This document shows positions 51,124-62,038 of a DNA stretch of 64,000 bases, one piece after another. Numbering within the stretch: position 1 is the stretch's first letter; each line of letters opens with the position of its first letter. The translations under genes and the position numbers were made by a program. The notes beneath the pieces are model-generated. The model saw nothing but the letters and a program-made list of their open reading frames with translations, made no database searches and had not been told where the DNA came from. Location of the stretch: contig OZ245011.1 of NCBI GenBank assembly GCA_965223665.1, forward strand, positions 416,001 through 480,000, in the 5' to 3' direction. Source of the stretch: Nitrospinaceae bacterium. Lineage in GTDB: Bacteria > Nitrospinota > Nitrospinia > Nitrospinales > Nitrospinaceae.

Positions 51124-52440
51124 ATGAACCCCAACATTACCGTTATTGGTGCGGGTTTAGCTGGATCCGAGGCGGCTTGGCAAGCTGCCGAGCGCGGGTA
51201 TTCCGTCCATCTTTATGAAATGCGTCCCCATCATCCAACTCCCGTTCATAAAACCGATTATTGCGCAGAATTGGTTTGTAGTAATTCCCTAGGCTCCAAG
51301 ATGGAAACTACTGCTCCTTTTCTTTTAAAAGAGGAATTACGGAATTTAAATTCTTTGATTATTCAATCGGCTGATAAGCATGCCGTTCCAGCCGGTGGAG
51401 CCCTCGCGGTAGACAGAAATTTGTTTTCTCAGGAAATTACCCAAGCAATTTCTACCCACCCAAATATAAAGTTACTAAGGCAGGAAATTATTGATATTCC
51501 TTTGGACGGGATAGTAATCATTGCTACTGGCCCATTAACTTCCCCCAGGCTTTCTGAAAAAATTTCTGAATTGATCGGTCAAGAGTATTTATATTTTTAC
51601 GATGCTTTGTCTCCTATTGTGGACGCAAACACGATCAATTACGAAAAGACTTTCTTTGCCTCAAGGTATGATAAAGGAGATGCAGATTATTTAAATTGCG
51701 GTATGAATGAAAAAGAATACTTTGAATTTGTAAGGGAGCTAAACTCTGGTGAAAAAGTCCCTCTCAAAGAATTTGAAAAGCCAGTGTACTTTGAGGGTTG
51801 TATGCCAATTGAAGAGTTGGCTGAAAGAGGACCGCAGACTTTAGCATTTGGTCCTATGAAACCGGTTGGTTTAAGGCATCCAAAGACCCAGGAACAATTT
51901 CATGCTGTAGTTCAATTGCGAAAAGAAAATAAGGAAGGTACTGCATTTAATTTAGTGGGGTTCCAAACTAAGTTAACTTATCCAGAGCAAAAAAGAATAT
52001 TTAAAATGATTCCAGGTTTAGAACATGCGGAATTTTTTCGTTTTGGATCTATCCACCGTAATACGTTTATAAATGCTCCAGAATTATTGTCTTATGATTT
52101 AAGTTTAAAAAGTCATAAAAATATATTATTTGCTGGTCAAATAATTGGTGTAGAGGGTTATGTGGAATCCTGTGCCTTTGGTCTTTTAGCATGTTTGAGT
52201 TCAATTCAAAAACTAAAAGGAATGGATTTCGTTCCTCCACCGCCAGAAACGGCTTTGGGCTCTCTTTTGAACCATGTGACTAAGAAAAGAACAAAAAATT
52301 ATCAACCTATGAATGTAAATTTTGGACTTTTCGAGGGGGTTGAAATGAGGATCCGTGATAAAAAGGTGAGAAATCGAAATGTTATTGATAAAGCCTTAAA
52401 TTGTCAAAAGGAGTGGATTGAAACTTTGCAGACAGACTAA
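51124..52440 (+). CDS. trmFO: tRNA (uracil-54) folate/FAD-dependent methyltransferase
   Basis: GAGLAGSEAAWQ, AELVCSNS, FGPMKPVGL, VGFQT, HRNTF, GVEGYVES. Confidence 0.95.
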   Translation: MNPNITVIGAGLAGSEAAWQAAERGYSVHLYEMRPHHPTPVHKTDYCAELVCSNSLGSKMETTAPFLLKEELRNLNSLIIQSADKHAVPAGGALAVDRNLFSQEITQAISTHPNIKLLRQEIIDIPLDGIVIIATGPLTSPRLSEKISELIGQEYLYFYDALSPIVDANTINYEKTFFASRYDKGDADYLNCGMNEKEYFEFVRELNSGEKVPLKEFEKPVYFEGCMPIEELAERGPQTLAFGPMKPVGLRHPKTQEQFHAVVQLRKENKEGTAFNLVGFQTKLTYPEQKRIFKMIPGLEHAEFFRFGSIHRNTFINAPELLSYDLSLKSHKNILFAGQIIGVEGYVESCAFGLLACLSSIQKLKGMDFVPPPPETALGSLLNHVTKKRTKNYQPMNVNFGLFEGVEMRIRDKKVRNRNVIDKALNCQKEWIETLQTD

Positions 52441-52523
52441 ATCACTAAAAAATAAAAGAATTTTAAATTCTTTTAGAATGAGAATTTTTAAGGCTTGCTT
52501 GATGAAAAGAAAAAGAAGATAAC

Positions 52524-54818
52524 TTAAACTATACAAACTGCCAAAACTTGTTTGAGATCACAATCTCCTTGAAAAATCTTTCTTATTCCATCTTGTTTTA
52601 AAGTTCTCATTTTATCCTTAATTGCCTGTTCACGTAGGGCTTCCACTAATGCTTGCTTCATTATCATACGCTTAATATCGTCAGTGCCTTCTAATACTTC
52701 GTGGAGGCCCATTCTCCCAGAGTATCCCGAGTTATTGCAATAGTCGCAACCCTTAGCACGAAAAAGTTTTAGTTCTTTGGAATATTGAATTTTTAATTCA
52801 GGGAAATCATCTTTTCCATATTCCAAAACCAATTGCTCAAATTCATCTTTAGATGGATTGTAAGATTCCTTGCATTTTTTGCATAAAGTTCTTACTAACC
52901 TTTGGGCAACAATTAGGAGTAAAGCATCAGCAAAATTTAAAGGATTCATACCCATATCCAGCAGTCTGGTAATGGTCTCCGGAGCGGAGTTGGTATGAAG
53001 GGTGCTGAGAACCAAATGACCCGTTAAAGAAGCCTCTAAGCCTATGGAACAGGTTTCTGCATCCCGCATTTCACCAACCATAATTACATCGGGGTCTCCG
53101 CGTAAGAAAGACTTCATACATCGAGCAAAGTCTAATCCAATTTTATTAATAACTTGAACTTGCCTCAGCCCTTTTTGCGTTATTTCCACAGGGTCTTCTG
53201 CGGTCCATATTTTTTTGTCGGGGGTGTTGATATGCCCTAAAGTGGAATGCAGGGTTGTGGTTTTTCCTGAGCCCGTTGGACCTACAACTAAAATTAATCC
53301 ATAGGGCTTTTTGGCAGTTTTTTTAATTAACTCAAGATTTCGATTCGAAAATTGCATTTTCTCTAAAGGGATGGGCTTGCTTGCTGCTAATATTCTTAAT
53401 ACCGCATCTTCGTTTCCCCCAACTGTCGGACAAGTGGCAACCCGGTATTCAATTTCTTTTGTACCGTATTTCATTTTTATTTTGCCGTCTTGGGGAAGTC
53501 TCCTCTCGGCAATGTCTAAACGAGCCATGATTTTTATTCTAGATAACATGGCCTGCTTATACATAGGGGGAATTTCCTGGTAGATTCGGCAAGCGCCATC
53601 TTTTCGAAATCGGACTTGCATGGTATCTCTGCCAATACCAGGTTCAACATGAATATCAGAGATTCCCTGATCATAGGCATCGGTTAAAATTTTGTTTACT
53701 AATTTTACAATCGTGCTATCAGTTTCGCTAATGGCATTAAATTCGTCTTCACCCGAGGGTTCATCAACAGATTCAACTTCTCTCTCTACTTTTAATGCGT
53801 CCAATAAGGTGGACATTTCCTCGGTCTTGGGAAGTGGCTGGGATGGGCCTTCTGTAATTGAGCCATTAAGGAAATCCCGAATATCGGACTTTAAACTCAG
53901 TCGAAACTCAACCTCTCTTTTTGAAAAGATATGTTTTATATTTTGAATTTTTTGTTGATTAAATGGATTGTCGATTAGTATAACGACTTTGTTATTTTCT
54001 TTTTGAATTGGAACCCAAAAATTTTTCTGAAGAAAACTAATATTTAATCCTTCAAATAATGAAGAAGGTAATACAATAGAGGGGTCATAACCTGAATAAG
54101 GAATTTTGTAAAAGTTTTCAAAGGATTTTCCTAAGTCCTTCCTTGATACTTTAAGCTCTTCCAGTATAAGGGTCTCGATATCTAATTGATTTCTACGCGC
54201 TTTACTAATCGCATTATTTAATTCTTGTTCATTAATAATTCCATTATAAATTAGATAAGTAAATTTCGTGGGTTTTTGAGCCACAAACTTAGTTTGATTA
54301 AAAAAGGCTAAAGCTAAAGTTTCCCCAATAAGCTTTGCATTCTTTTCATCTTTAAAGTTAAAGGGTGCTGCATTTTTTTTGTTTACCAATTGAAGAACAC
54401 CCATTAGTTTTCCCCTATATTGAAAAGGAGAAACCAACATATTTTTTGTTTGAAATCCGGATTTTTTATCCCAGGAACTATCAAAGTTTAAATTTGGGTG
54501 ATACTTGGCGAGTTCTTTTTTTTCATAAACATTATGGATAATGATTGGCCGTTGTTCCAAAGCAACACAACCGGCTATGCTCTCAGAGGAAATAGGAAGG
54601 CGAATTTCATTAATTGTTTTCCCTGACTTCACTTTCGAGTAGATTTCGTTTTTTGATGAATCAACCGCATAAATAGTAATTAAACTCGAATTAAATAAAT
54701 CTAATATTTTAGATTTTAAATCGGTTAAGATTTGATCCACATTTTTTGCAGAATGAATTGAGTTAACAATTCGAACTAAATTATCCTGACCTTCTGTAGT
54801 TGAGCTTGAGATATCCAT
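52524..54818 (-). CDS. GAF-domain PilB/GspE-family secretion/pilus ATPase (1 GAF)
   Basis: GAF with LVNKK..F..KDE; Walker A GPTGSGKTTT; TAEDPVE; DPDVIMVGEMRD; STLHTN; CxxC..CxxC. ATG 54818 preferred. Confidence 0.9.
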   Translation of the reverse strand: MDISSSTTEGQDNLVRIVNSIHSAKNVDQILTDLKSKILDLFNSSLITIYAVDSSKNEIYSKVKSGKTINEIRLPISSESIAGCVALEQRPIIIHNVYEKKELAKYHPNLNFDSSWDKKSGFQTKNMLVSPFQYRGKLMGVLQLVNKKNAAPFNFKDEKNAKLIGETLALAFFNQTKFVAQKPTKFTYLIYNGIINEQELNNAISKARRNQLDIETLILEELKVSRKDLGKSFENFYKIPYSGYDPSIVLPSSLFEGLNISFLQKNFWVPIQKENNKVVILIDNPFNQQKIQNIKHIFSKREVEFRLSLKSDIRDFLNGSITEGPSQPLPKTEEMSTLLDALKVEREVESVDEPSGEDEFNAISETDSTIVKLVNKILTDAYDQGISDIHVEPGIGRDTMQVRFRKDGACRIYQEIPPMYKQAMLSRIKIMARLDIAERRLPQDGKIKMKYGTKEIEYRVATCPTVGGNEDAVLRILAASKPIPLEKMQFSNRNLELIKKTAKKPYGLILVVGPTGSGKTTTLHSTLGHINTPDKKIWTAEDPVEITQKGLRQVQVINKIGLDFARCMKSFLRGDPDVIMVGEMRDAETCSIGLEASLTGHLVLSTLHTNSAPETITRLLDMGMNPLNFADALLLIVAQRLVRTLCKKCKESYNPSKDEFEQLVLEYGKDDFPELKIQYSKELKLFRAKGCDYCNNSGYSGRMGLHEVLEGTDDIKRMIMKQALVEALREQAIKDKMRTLKQDGIRKIFQGDCDLKQVLAVCIV

Positions 54819-54837
54819 ATTTTCAAAATTCTGACAT

Positions 54838-57705
54838 TTATACAATACAAACGGCAAGTACTTGTTTTAAGTCACAGTCGCCTTTAAAGATTTTCCAAAT
54901 TCCATCCTGTTTCAGGGTTCTCATTCCATCCGCAACAGCTTGTACTCTTAATTTTTCTACCAATGCTTCTTTCATAATCATTCTTTTGATTTCATCCGTT
55001 GCTTCTAAGGCTTCATGTAACCCTGTTCTGCCTGCATATCCGGTATCATTGCATTTATCGCATCCCACGGGTTTATAAAGCATTAATTTTTCATTATATT
55101 TGATGTTCAGTTCGCTAAACTCATCTGGCCCATATTCATTGACAAGTTTTTCAAATTCTTCTTTTGAGGGATGATATTCTTCTTTGCAATTCTTGCAGAG
55201 AGTTTTAACTAATCGTTGGGCGACGATGAGCAGGAGTGCGTCGGCAAAATTGAGAGGATTCATGCCCATATCTAATAACCTGGTTATGGTTTCTGGAGCA
55301 GAGTTAGTGTGCAAAGTGCTGAAAACTAAATGTCCAGTTAATGATGCCTCTAGTCCAATTGAACATGTTTCGGCATCCCGCATTTCACCAACCATAATTA
55401 CATCTGGATCCCCTCGTAAAAATGACTTCATGCAGCGTGCGAAATCCAGTCCAATTTTGTTTAGTATCTGAACTTGGCGTAAACCCTCCTGTGTGATTTC
55501 GACGGGATCCTCTGCGGTCCATATTTTTTTATCAGGTGTGTTAATAAATCCCAAGGTGGAATGAAGTGTTGTTGTTTTACCTGAACCGGTCGGTCCGACT
55601 ACTAATATTAAACCATAGGGCTTTGTGGCCATATTTTTAACTAGATTAATATTTCTTTCTGAGAAGTTCATTTTGTCAAGTGGGATTGGCTTGCTTGCAG
55701 CTAAAATACGAAGGACGGCATCCTCGTTTCCCCCTACCGTTGGACAGGTGGCTACCCTATATTCGATTTCTTTCCTACCGTATTTCATTTTGATTTTACC
55801 GTCTTGAGGAAGCCTTCTCTCAGCAATATCCAAGCGAGCCATAATTTTTAATCTGGAAAGGAATGCTTGTTTATACATTGGAGGTATTTCTTGATAAACA
55901 CGACAGGTTCCATCTTTTCTGAAACGAACTTTCATTATTTTTTTTCCTATGCCAGGTTCAATGTGAATATCGGATATTCCCTGATCATAGGCATCGATTA
56001 AAATTTTGTTTACGAGCCTTACAATAGTGCTATCAGTCTCACTGATGGCATTGAAATCTTCTTCTTCAGTTGTAGTTTCTATTTCGGCTTCATCAGTTTC
56101 GCTTTGAAGAGCATCCAGTAAATCTGATACTTGAGTAGAATCTTGATCCACAGGTTCTTCTTCATAATCTTCTTCAGGAGTTACTTTTAAAAAGTCTTGA
56201 ATGTCAGCTTTTAGGCCAACCTTGAACTCTAATTCCTTTTTAGCGAAAATGAGCTTTATATTTTGAATTTTGTCTGGGTTGAGGGGGTTGTCGACAAGAA
56301 CAGTAATTTTATTTCCTTCCTTCTGAATGGGTAACCAAAAGTTCTTGGCCAAAAAATTGGTATTTAATCCAGTGAATAAAGATTGAGGAAGGACGATAGA
56401 ATCTTTATACCCAAAATAAGGAACACGATAAAACATTTCCAGAGATTTGCCCAAATCTGCACGGTTTATTTTTATGTCTTTTAATAAAATGGTTTCAATA
56501 TCCAATCCACTAATACGTGCTTTGGAAATAGCTTTTGTGAGTTCTTGTTGGGTCAATAGAGAATTGTCGATTAAATAGCTAAACTTTGTGGGTTTTGATT
56601 TATTGGGTTTGCTTTGATTATATATAGCAAGACCCAAAGAATCGGAGATGATTTCGATGCTACGCTCGTCTTGTTCAGAAAAAAAGCTTTCATTGTTTTT
56701 ATTAACTAACTGCAATACCCCCATTAATTTGTCATTGTAAATTAATGGAGAAACCAGCATGCATCGTGTTTTTTCACCTGATACCTGGTCCCAGGATTTA
56801 TCGAAAATTAAATCTGGATGGTATTTTATTAATTCGACTGGATCATTTACATTTTTAATATTTAATAGTCGCTTTTCTAAAGCAACGCATCCAGCCACAC
56901 TATTGGGAGAAATAGGTAAGCGAATTTCTTCAATGGTGTCTCCCGGTCGAATTTGGGAATAGATTTCCTTTTTGGCATTATCCACAGCATAAATTGTGGC
57001 CATCTTGGTATCAAACAATTGATAAATAGGTGCCCGTAAATCGATTAAAATTTCCTGAAGGGTTCCTGCGGAGTGAATAATATTTGATGTGGCCCGAATT
57101 TTTTCATCGATGATTTCTGCCTGCATTTTAACAATAGCGTGACCTAGACTCACTGCTAATTCTTTGGCAAGTTTTAAATCGTGATCTGAAAAGTAATTGT
57201 CGGTAGTCTTGTTAATTATTTGCAGGACTCCGACCATTCTCTTGTTGTAGGGTAGGGCGACGACCAAGACAGACTTTGTTCTATAATCCAGTTTATTATC
57301 CCAAGTTTTATCTAAACTTAAATCTGGATGGATATTTTCTAATTCTGATTGATTGTAGGCATCTTCAATATTTATGGCTTTTCCTGTTGCTGCCACATAA
57401 CCTGAAAGACTTTTTTGATTAATTTCTATTCTAATTTCTTCAACTTCGTCATTTTCTGATTTGAAATTTCTTGAGAAAAGTTGTCTTTTAGGTCTATCAA
57501 TGGCGTAAATGGTGACCTTGTCAGCTTTAAACAATTTTTTAAAATCATCGGTTAGGTCAAAAAGGGTTCTGGTTACGCTTTTAGCGGATAAAATCTTATT
57601 TATGATGGGCTTTAGTTTGTCACTTGCCCTTCGATCATAATGAGAATGAGCCGTAAAAGGTAAATTTTCAGTAGTTTTTGCTGAGGTAGGTTTGGAAGAA
57701 CGCAA
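54838..57705 (-). CDS. GAF-domain PilB/GspE-family ATPase (2 GAFs)
   Basis: Two GAF domains, then an ATPase nearly identical to the downstream paralog. Confidence 0.9.
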   Translation of the reverse strand: MRSSKPTSAKTTENLPFTAHSHYDRRASDKLKPIINKILSAKSVTRTLFDLTDDFKKLFKADKVTIYAIDRPKRQLFSRNFKSENDEVEEIRIEINQKSLSGYVAATGKAINIEDAYNQSELENIHPDLSLDKTWDNKLDYRTKSVLVVALPYNKRMVGVLQIINKTTDNYFSDHDLKLAKELAVSLGHAIVKMQAEIIDEKIRATSNIIHSAGTLQEILIDLRAPIYQLFDTKMATIYAVDNAKKEIYSQIRPGDTIEEIRLPISPNSVAGCVALEKRLLNIKNVNDPVELIKYHPDLIFDKSWDQVSGEKTRCMLVSPLIYNDKLMGVLQLVNKNNESFFSEQDERSIEIISDSLGLAIYNQSKPNKSKPTKFSYLIDNSLLTQQELTKAISKARISGLDIETILLKDIKINRADLGKSLEMFYRVPYFGYKDSIVLPQSLFTGLNTNFLAKNFWLPIQKEGNKITVLVDNPLNPDKIQNIKLIFAKKELEFKVGLKADIQDFLKVTPEEDYEEEPVDQDSTQVSDLLDALQSETDEAEIETTTEEEDFNAISETDSTIVRLVNKILIDAYDQGISDIHIEPGIGKKIMKVRFRKDGTCRVYQEIPPMYKQAFLSRLKIMARLDIAERRLPQDGKIKMKYGRKEIEYRVATCPTVGGNEDAVLRILAASKPIPLDKMNFSERNINLVKNMATKPYGLILVVGPTGSGKTTTLHSTLGFINTPDKKIWTAEDPVEITQEGLRQVQILNKIGLDFARCMKSFLRGDPDVIMVGEMRDAETCSIGLEASLTGHLVFSTLHTNSAPETITRLLDMGMNPLNFADALLLIVAQRLVKTLCKNCKEEYHPSKEEFEKLVNEYGPDEFSELNIKYNEKLMLYKPVGCDKCNDTGYAGRTGLHEALEATDEIKRMIMKEALVEKLRVQAVADGMRTLKQDGIWKIFKGDCDLKQVLAVCIV

Positions 57706-57861
57706 GTTGTGCCCTAAATAAAGTTATGAATAATTCAAATAAACTATTAATGTAATTCTACTATTATGCGGATAAAATTTCAAGCTAAAACGAATAAATT
57801 AAAGGAGTTAGTGGTTTGATTTCTTGAACTTTGGAAGCAAGAAAAAAAAAGAGATTTGGAG

Positions 57862-59751
57862 TTAAATATCCAAATCGGAACAAAATGCAGCTCGCTCTTT
57901 AATAAATTGAAAACGAGTTTGAGCATCTTTGCCCATTAAACGATCCACAGTGTGGTTAGAATTTTCTAAATCATCAATTTCGACACGAATCAAGGTTCGG
58001 TTTTTTTTATCCATAGTAGTGGCTTTTAAATCAGAAGAGGGCATTTCACCAAGTCCTTTAAATCGGCCTACTTCATAACGAGTTCCATTAAGCTTGGAGA
58101 TTATTTGATCCTTTTCGTTATCGTCAATTGCATAAAATAGTTTTTTTCCTGCATCGATCCTGTATAAAGGCGGTTGGGCAATAAATAAGTTTCCATTTTG
58201 GATTAGTTGGGGCATGTATCTGTAAAAAAATGTTAAAAGCAAAGTACAAATATGCGCTCCATCCACATCCGCATCGGTCATTAAAATTATTTTTCCATAA
58301 CGAAGTTTGTTGTATTCGAATTTGGGTTCAATTCCAGTACCGATAGCAGAAATAATATTTTTTATTTCGGAGTTCGCTAAGATTTTTTCCATGGTGGCAG
58401 TTTCTACATTTAGGATTTTTCCTCTCAAAGGAAGAATCGCTTGAGTTTTTCTGTCTCGAGCTTGTTTACTTGACCCGCCTGCGGATTCTCCTTCACAAAT
58501 AAATAATTCGGATTCTTCTCGATGGGTGGAAGCACAATCCGATAGTTTGCCCGGTAAATTAAGGCGGTGAGAGATATTGGTTTTCCGGTGAACAGATTCC
58601 TTAGCTTGGCGTGATGCAATCCGAGCTTGGGCTGCTAAAATTACTCTATTTGCAATTAAATCCCCTGTGGTTTGATGATCATGTAAAAAATGTTCAAGAG
58701 AATGTTTAACTACAGAGTCTACCTGAGAAGTGATATCTGAATTTAACCTCCCCTTGGTTTGACCTTGAAACTCTAAGTCGCCCTGGAGGTAAATGTTTAT
58801 AATAGCTATTAAACCTTCCTTAACATCATCTCCCGTTAGGTTAGTTACCCCTTTGGGTAAAAGGTTTCTTCTGTCAATATAACTTCTTAGAGCTTTTGTG
58901 ATACCGTTTCTAAAACCGTTTTCGTGGGTTCCCCCGTCAATAGTTTTAATTGCGTTTGCGTAAGAATGGATAATGGTATCGGTATTTGAGGTCCAGAGAA
59001 AAGCGACTTCTAATCGCAATTGTTTATCTTCCTTCTCTATATAAAAAGGATTATCCATGAGGGTAGGTCGGCCTTCAGTTATTTTACCAATGTAATCTTT
59101 GATTCCTTCAGGATATTGAAATGTATGAGTTTTTTTGTTCTCCTTAACTATGATTTTGAGCCCTTTATTAAGAAATGCTTTAGATTCCGCTTGCTCTAAA
59201 ATTAATTTGGAATTGAATTGGATTTTAGGAAAAATCTTTGAGTCTGGAGTGAATGTAATCTCAGTACCTTTACTTCTGATGGGCTTTCCCTTCTTTAATT
59301 TAGTTTTAACCTTTCCCCTTGAAAAACTTTGGGTCCATTCAAATCCATCTCGCTTCGAAGTTGCAGTTAAGGATTCTGACAGGGCACACACCACAGCCAT
59401 ACCAACTCCATGTAAGCCACCAGCTACTTTATAGGACCCTTCATCAAATTTTCCTCCAGAATGCAGAGTCGTAAACAAAATTTCCAGGGCACTTTTTTTT
59501 GTGTTTCGAAATTTGTCTATGGGAATGCCACGGCCATTATCTCGGATTGTGATTTCTTTTTCACTTTTCAAAAATATTTCGATAGTATTGCAGTGACCAT
59601 TGAGGGCTTCATCTACTGCATTATCCAAAATTTCCCAAATTAGATGGTGTAGTCCTGTGGAAGAAGTGGATCCGATATACATTCCGGGACGGCGTCTAAC
59701 GGGTTCCAAACCTTCTAAAACCTGAATATCTTTTGCTTTGTAACTACTCAT
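57862..59751 (-). CDS. parE: Type IIA topoisomerase B subunit (ParE-like)
   Basis: GHKL motifs EILDNAVDE, DNGRGIP, GGLHGVG; toprim EGESAGG, PLRGK, MTDADVDG; RFKGLGEM. Confidence 0.85.
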   Translation of the reverse strand: MSSYKAKDIQVLEGLEPVRRRPGMYIGSTSSTGLHHLIWEILDNAVDEALNGHCNTIEIFLKSEKEITIRDNGRGIPIDKFRNTKKSALEILFTTLHSGGKFDEGSYKVAGGLHGVGMAVVCALSESLTATSKRDGFEWTQSFSRGKVKTKLKKGKPIRSKGTEITFTPDSKIFPKIQFNSKLILEQAESKAFLNKGLKIIVKENKKTHTFQYPEGIKDYIGKITEGRPTLMDNPFYIEKEDKQLRLEVAFLWTSNTDTIIHSYANAIKTIDGGTHENGFRNGITKALRSYIDRRNLLPKGVTNLTGDDVKEGLIAIINIYLQGDLEFQGQTKGRLNSDITSQVDSVVKHSLEHFLHDHQTTGDLIANRVILAAQARIASRQAKESVHRKTNISHRLNLPGKLSDCASTHREESELFICEGESAGGSSKQARDRKTQAILPLRGKILNVETATMEKILANSEIKNIISAIGTGIEPKFEYNKLRYGKIILMTDADVDGAHICTLLLTFFYRYMPQLIQNGNLFIAQPPLYRIDAGKKLFYAIDDNEKDQIISKLNGTRYEVGRFKGLGEMPSSDLKATTMDKKNRTLIRVEIDDLENSNHTVDRLMGKDAQTRFQFIKERAAFCSDLDI

Positions 59752-59761
59752 AATTTTTCAA

Positions 59762-62038
59762 TTATAAAATGTTAATGATTTTTGTACGCTTTCCGACACT
59801 AATTCCCTGGCTTCCACGATTGTATACAGGAACTCCTGTCATTTTTAACGATTTGGTTTTTCCATTTTCAAATACAAGTTCCACCGTTTCCTTTTGGTTT
59901 ACGCATTTCCCAATTGCCACCTTACTTTTTCCCACGTTCATTAATTTGATGCCCACTCCTGGGCCACTTAGTTGAGTAATTTGATCCAATTTCAGCATCA
60001 GTCCCTTACCAATTTCAGAAATCAGAAAAGCATATTTTCCTTTTACAGGGGTTACCACAACCATTCTGTGATCTTTTTTAAGAGTCATGACTTTTTTTCC
60101 TGAACGGCTGGTTTCTGAAATTAAAGAATATGGAATTCTATAACCGTAACCTCCATCGTTTACCAATAGAAGCTCTTCAATTTCCTCTGAGTACTCCTCA
60201 AAATGGAAAGCACTCTGTTCCCCTTTTTGTGGAGCAAGATCCTGATCTTTGGGTTGGTCCTTGTCGAAAAGTGGGAACATTTTTAAAACTTTTTCGCCAT
60301 CTTTAAATTTGAAAAGATTTTGAATAGGTTCTCCAAAACCACTTCTGGTATAGGGTAAATTATAAACTTTATGCACATAGACCATTCCAAATGAAGTGAA
60401 AATAGCGATAAAGTTTTTAGTGTTTGTCCGAGTAATTCCTAGGAGAGAATCACCTTCCTTGAATTTTAATGTTGAAGGGTCGGGGAGGGTTTTTATTTTA
60501 CGGATCCATCCATTACGGCTTAAAACTAAAACGACATTTTCATGTTCGATAAAATCTTCTGCATTATATTCAACGGCTTCAACCGTTTTTATGAGGGTTT
60601 TGCGTTTGTCACCAAATTTGTTTTCAATTTCTTTTAGCTCTCTTGAAACTTCGGTCCAAATTTTCTTAGAAGACTTCAATATGCTTTGAATTCTTTTTTG
60701 CTCTTTTTGTTTTTCCTTTTGTTCCTGCAGAATTTTTTCGATTTCCAGGGAAACTAATCGATAAAGAGGGATTTCTAAAATTGCGTTTGCTTGATCGTCA
60801 TCTAAACGAAAAGTTTTTTTAAGTTTTCCGTTGGCCTCACTTTTTGATTTCGAAGATCTAATTAATTTTAAAGCCTTGTCTAAATTTTTAAATATGGCCG
60901 CAAAACCCGCTAGAATATGGAGTCTCTTTTCAATAATTGATAATTCGTATTTGAGGCGACGTGTGACGACTTCTTTTCTAAAATCCAAAAAGAAAACACA
61001 TATTTCTTTTAAAGATAATCGGGAGGGCTCACCGGAAGGAGTCAAGCAATTAAAGTTTAATTGGAAATTATTTTCTAATTCTGTGTGTTTGAATAAATAA
61101 GTCATTATTTTATCTGGGTCACTACCGCTTTTTATTTCTAAGACCACTCGAATCTTTTCATCGCTTTCATCACGTACATCCAGCAAAGGAGCAAGTTTTT
61201 TGGCGATGATGATGTCAGCGATTTTTTCAATGAGTCTTGACTTATTTACTCCATAAGGAATTGAAGTAATAATAATTTGATTTTTTCCACGCGGGAGTTG
61301 TTCTAAATTCCATTGGCCTCGAGTTTTTATTAGTCCCTGTCCCTTCTCATAGGCTTGGCGGATTTCAGTCTTTGAATTAAGTATGATTCCACCAGTTGGG
61401 AAATCCGGTCCCTTGATGAATTTCATAATTTGGGCTGTCGTTAAATTCCGGTTTCCTATCAGAGCAGTTAAAGCTTTTATCACTTCTGAGAGATTATGAC
61501 TGGGAAAAGAACAGGCCATACCAACAGCAATTCCTGAGGATCCGTTAATTAATAAATTGGGGATCCTCGATGGAAGAACCACTGGTTCTTTTAGAGTGTT
61601 GTCATAATTTGCACGAAATTCAATTGTATCTTTTTTTATATCACTCAACATGAAGGTGGTGATAGGGGTTAGCCGACCTTCAGTGTAACGATAGGCAGCC
61701 GGAGCATCTCCATCTAAAGAACCAAAATTTCCCTTACCATCAACAAGTGGATAACGCATTGAAAAGTCTTGAGCCATCCGAACCATAGATTCGTAGGTAG
61801 AGGCATCACCATGCGGGTGAAATTTACCCAATACTTCTCCTATTATTTTTGCAGATTTTACGGGTTTGCTATCTGATTGCATCCCCATAGAATTCATTGC
61901 AAATAAGATTCTACGGTGAATAGGCTTTAAACCGTCTCTTACATCCGGCAGAGAACGAGAGACTATGGTGGATAAAGCATAAGTTAGAAAACGATTTTCT
62001 AATTCATCTGTAATGTTTGAAACTTTTTCTTTTGCCAT
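59762..62038 (-). CDS. parC: Type IIA topoisomerase A subunit (ParC-like)
   Basis: LPDVRDGLKP, HPHGD, catalytic AAYRYTE, GPDFPTGG; no GyrA box; shortened CTD. Confidence 0.85.
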   Translation of the reverse strand: MAKEKVSNITDELENRFLTYALSTIVSRSLPDVRDGLKPIHRRILFAMNSMGMQSDSKPVKSAKIIGEVLGKFHPHGDASTYESMVRMAQDFSMRYPLVDGKGNFGSLDGDAPAAYRYTEGRLTPITTFMLSDIKKDTIEFRANYDNTLKEPVVLPSRIPNLLINGSSGIAVGMACSFPSHNLSEVIKALTALIGNRNLTTAQIMKFIKGPDFPTGGIILNSKTEIRQAYEKGQGLIKTRGQWNLEQLPRGKNQIIITSIPYGVNKSRLIEKIADIIIAKKLAPLLDVRDESDEKIRVVLEIKSGSDPDKIMTYLFKHTELENNFQLNFNCLTPSGEPSRLSLKEICVFFLDFRKEVVTRRLKYELSIIEKRLHILAGFAAIFKNLDKALKLIRSSKSKSEANGKLKKTFRLDDDQANAILEIPLYRLVSLEIEKILQEQKEKQKEQKRIQSILKSSKKIWTEVSRELKEIENKFGDKRKTLIKTVEAVEYNAEDFIEHENVVLVLSRNGWIRKIKTLPDPSTLKFKEGDSLLGITRTNTKNFIAIFTSFGMVYVHKVYNLPYTRSGFGEPIQNLFKFKDGEKVLKMFPLFDKDQPKDQDLAPQKGEQSAFHFEEYSEEIEELLLVNDGGYGYRIPYSLISETSRSGKKVMTLKKDHRMVVVTPVKGKYAFLISEIGKGLMLKLDQITQLSGPGVGIKLMNVGKSKVAIGKCVNQKETVELVFENGKTKSLKMTGVPVYNRGSQGISVGKRTKIINIL

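Noticed and set aside
54800-55078. Short antisense or alternate-frame ORFs nested in long genes (this one and the many others of 60-130 aa)
   Set aside because: They lie within well-supported genes and show no recognisable motifs.
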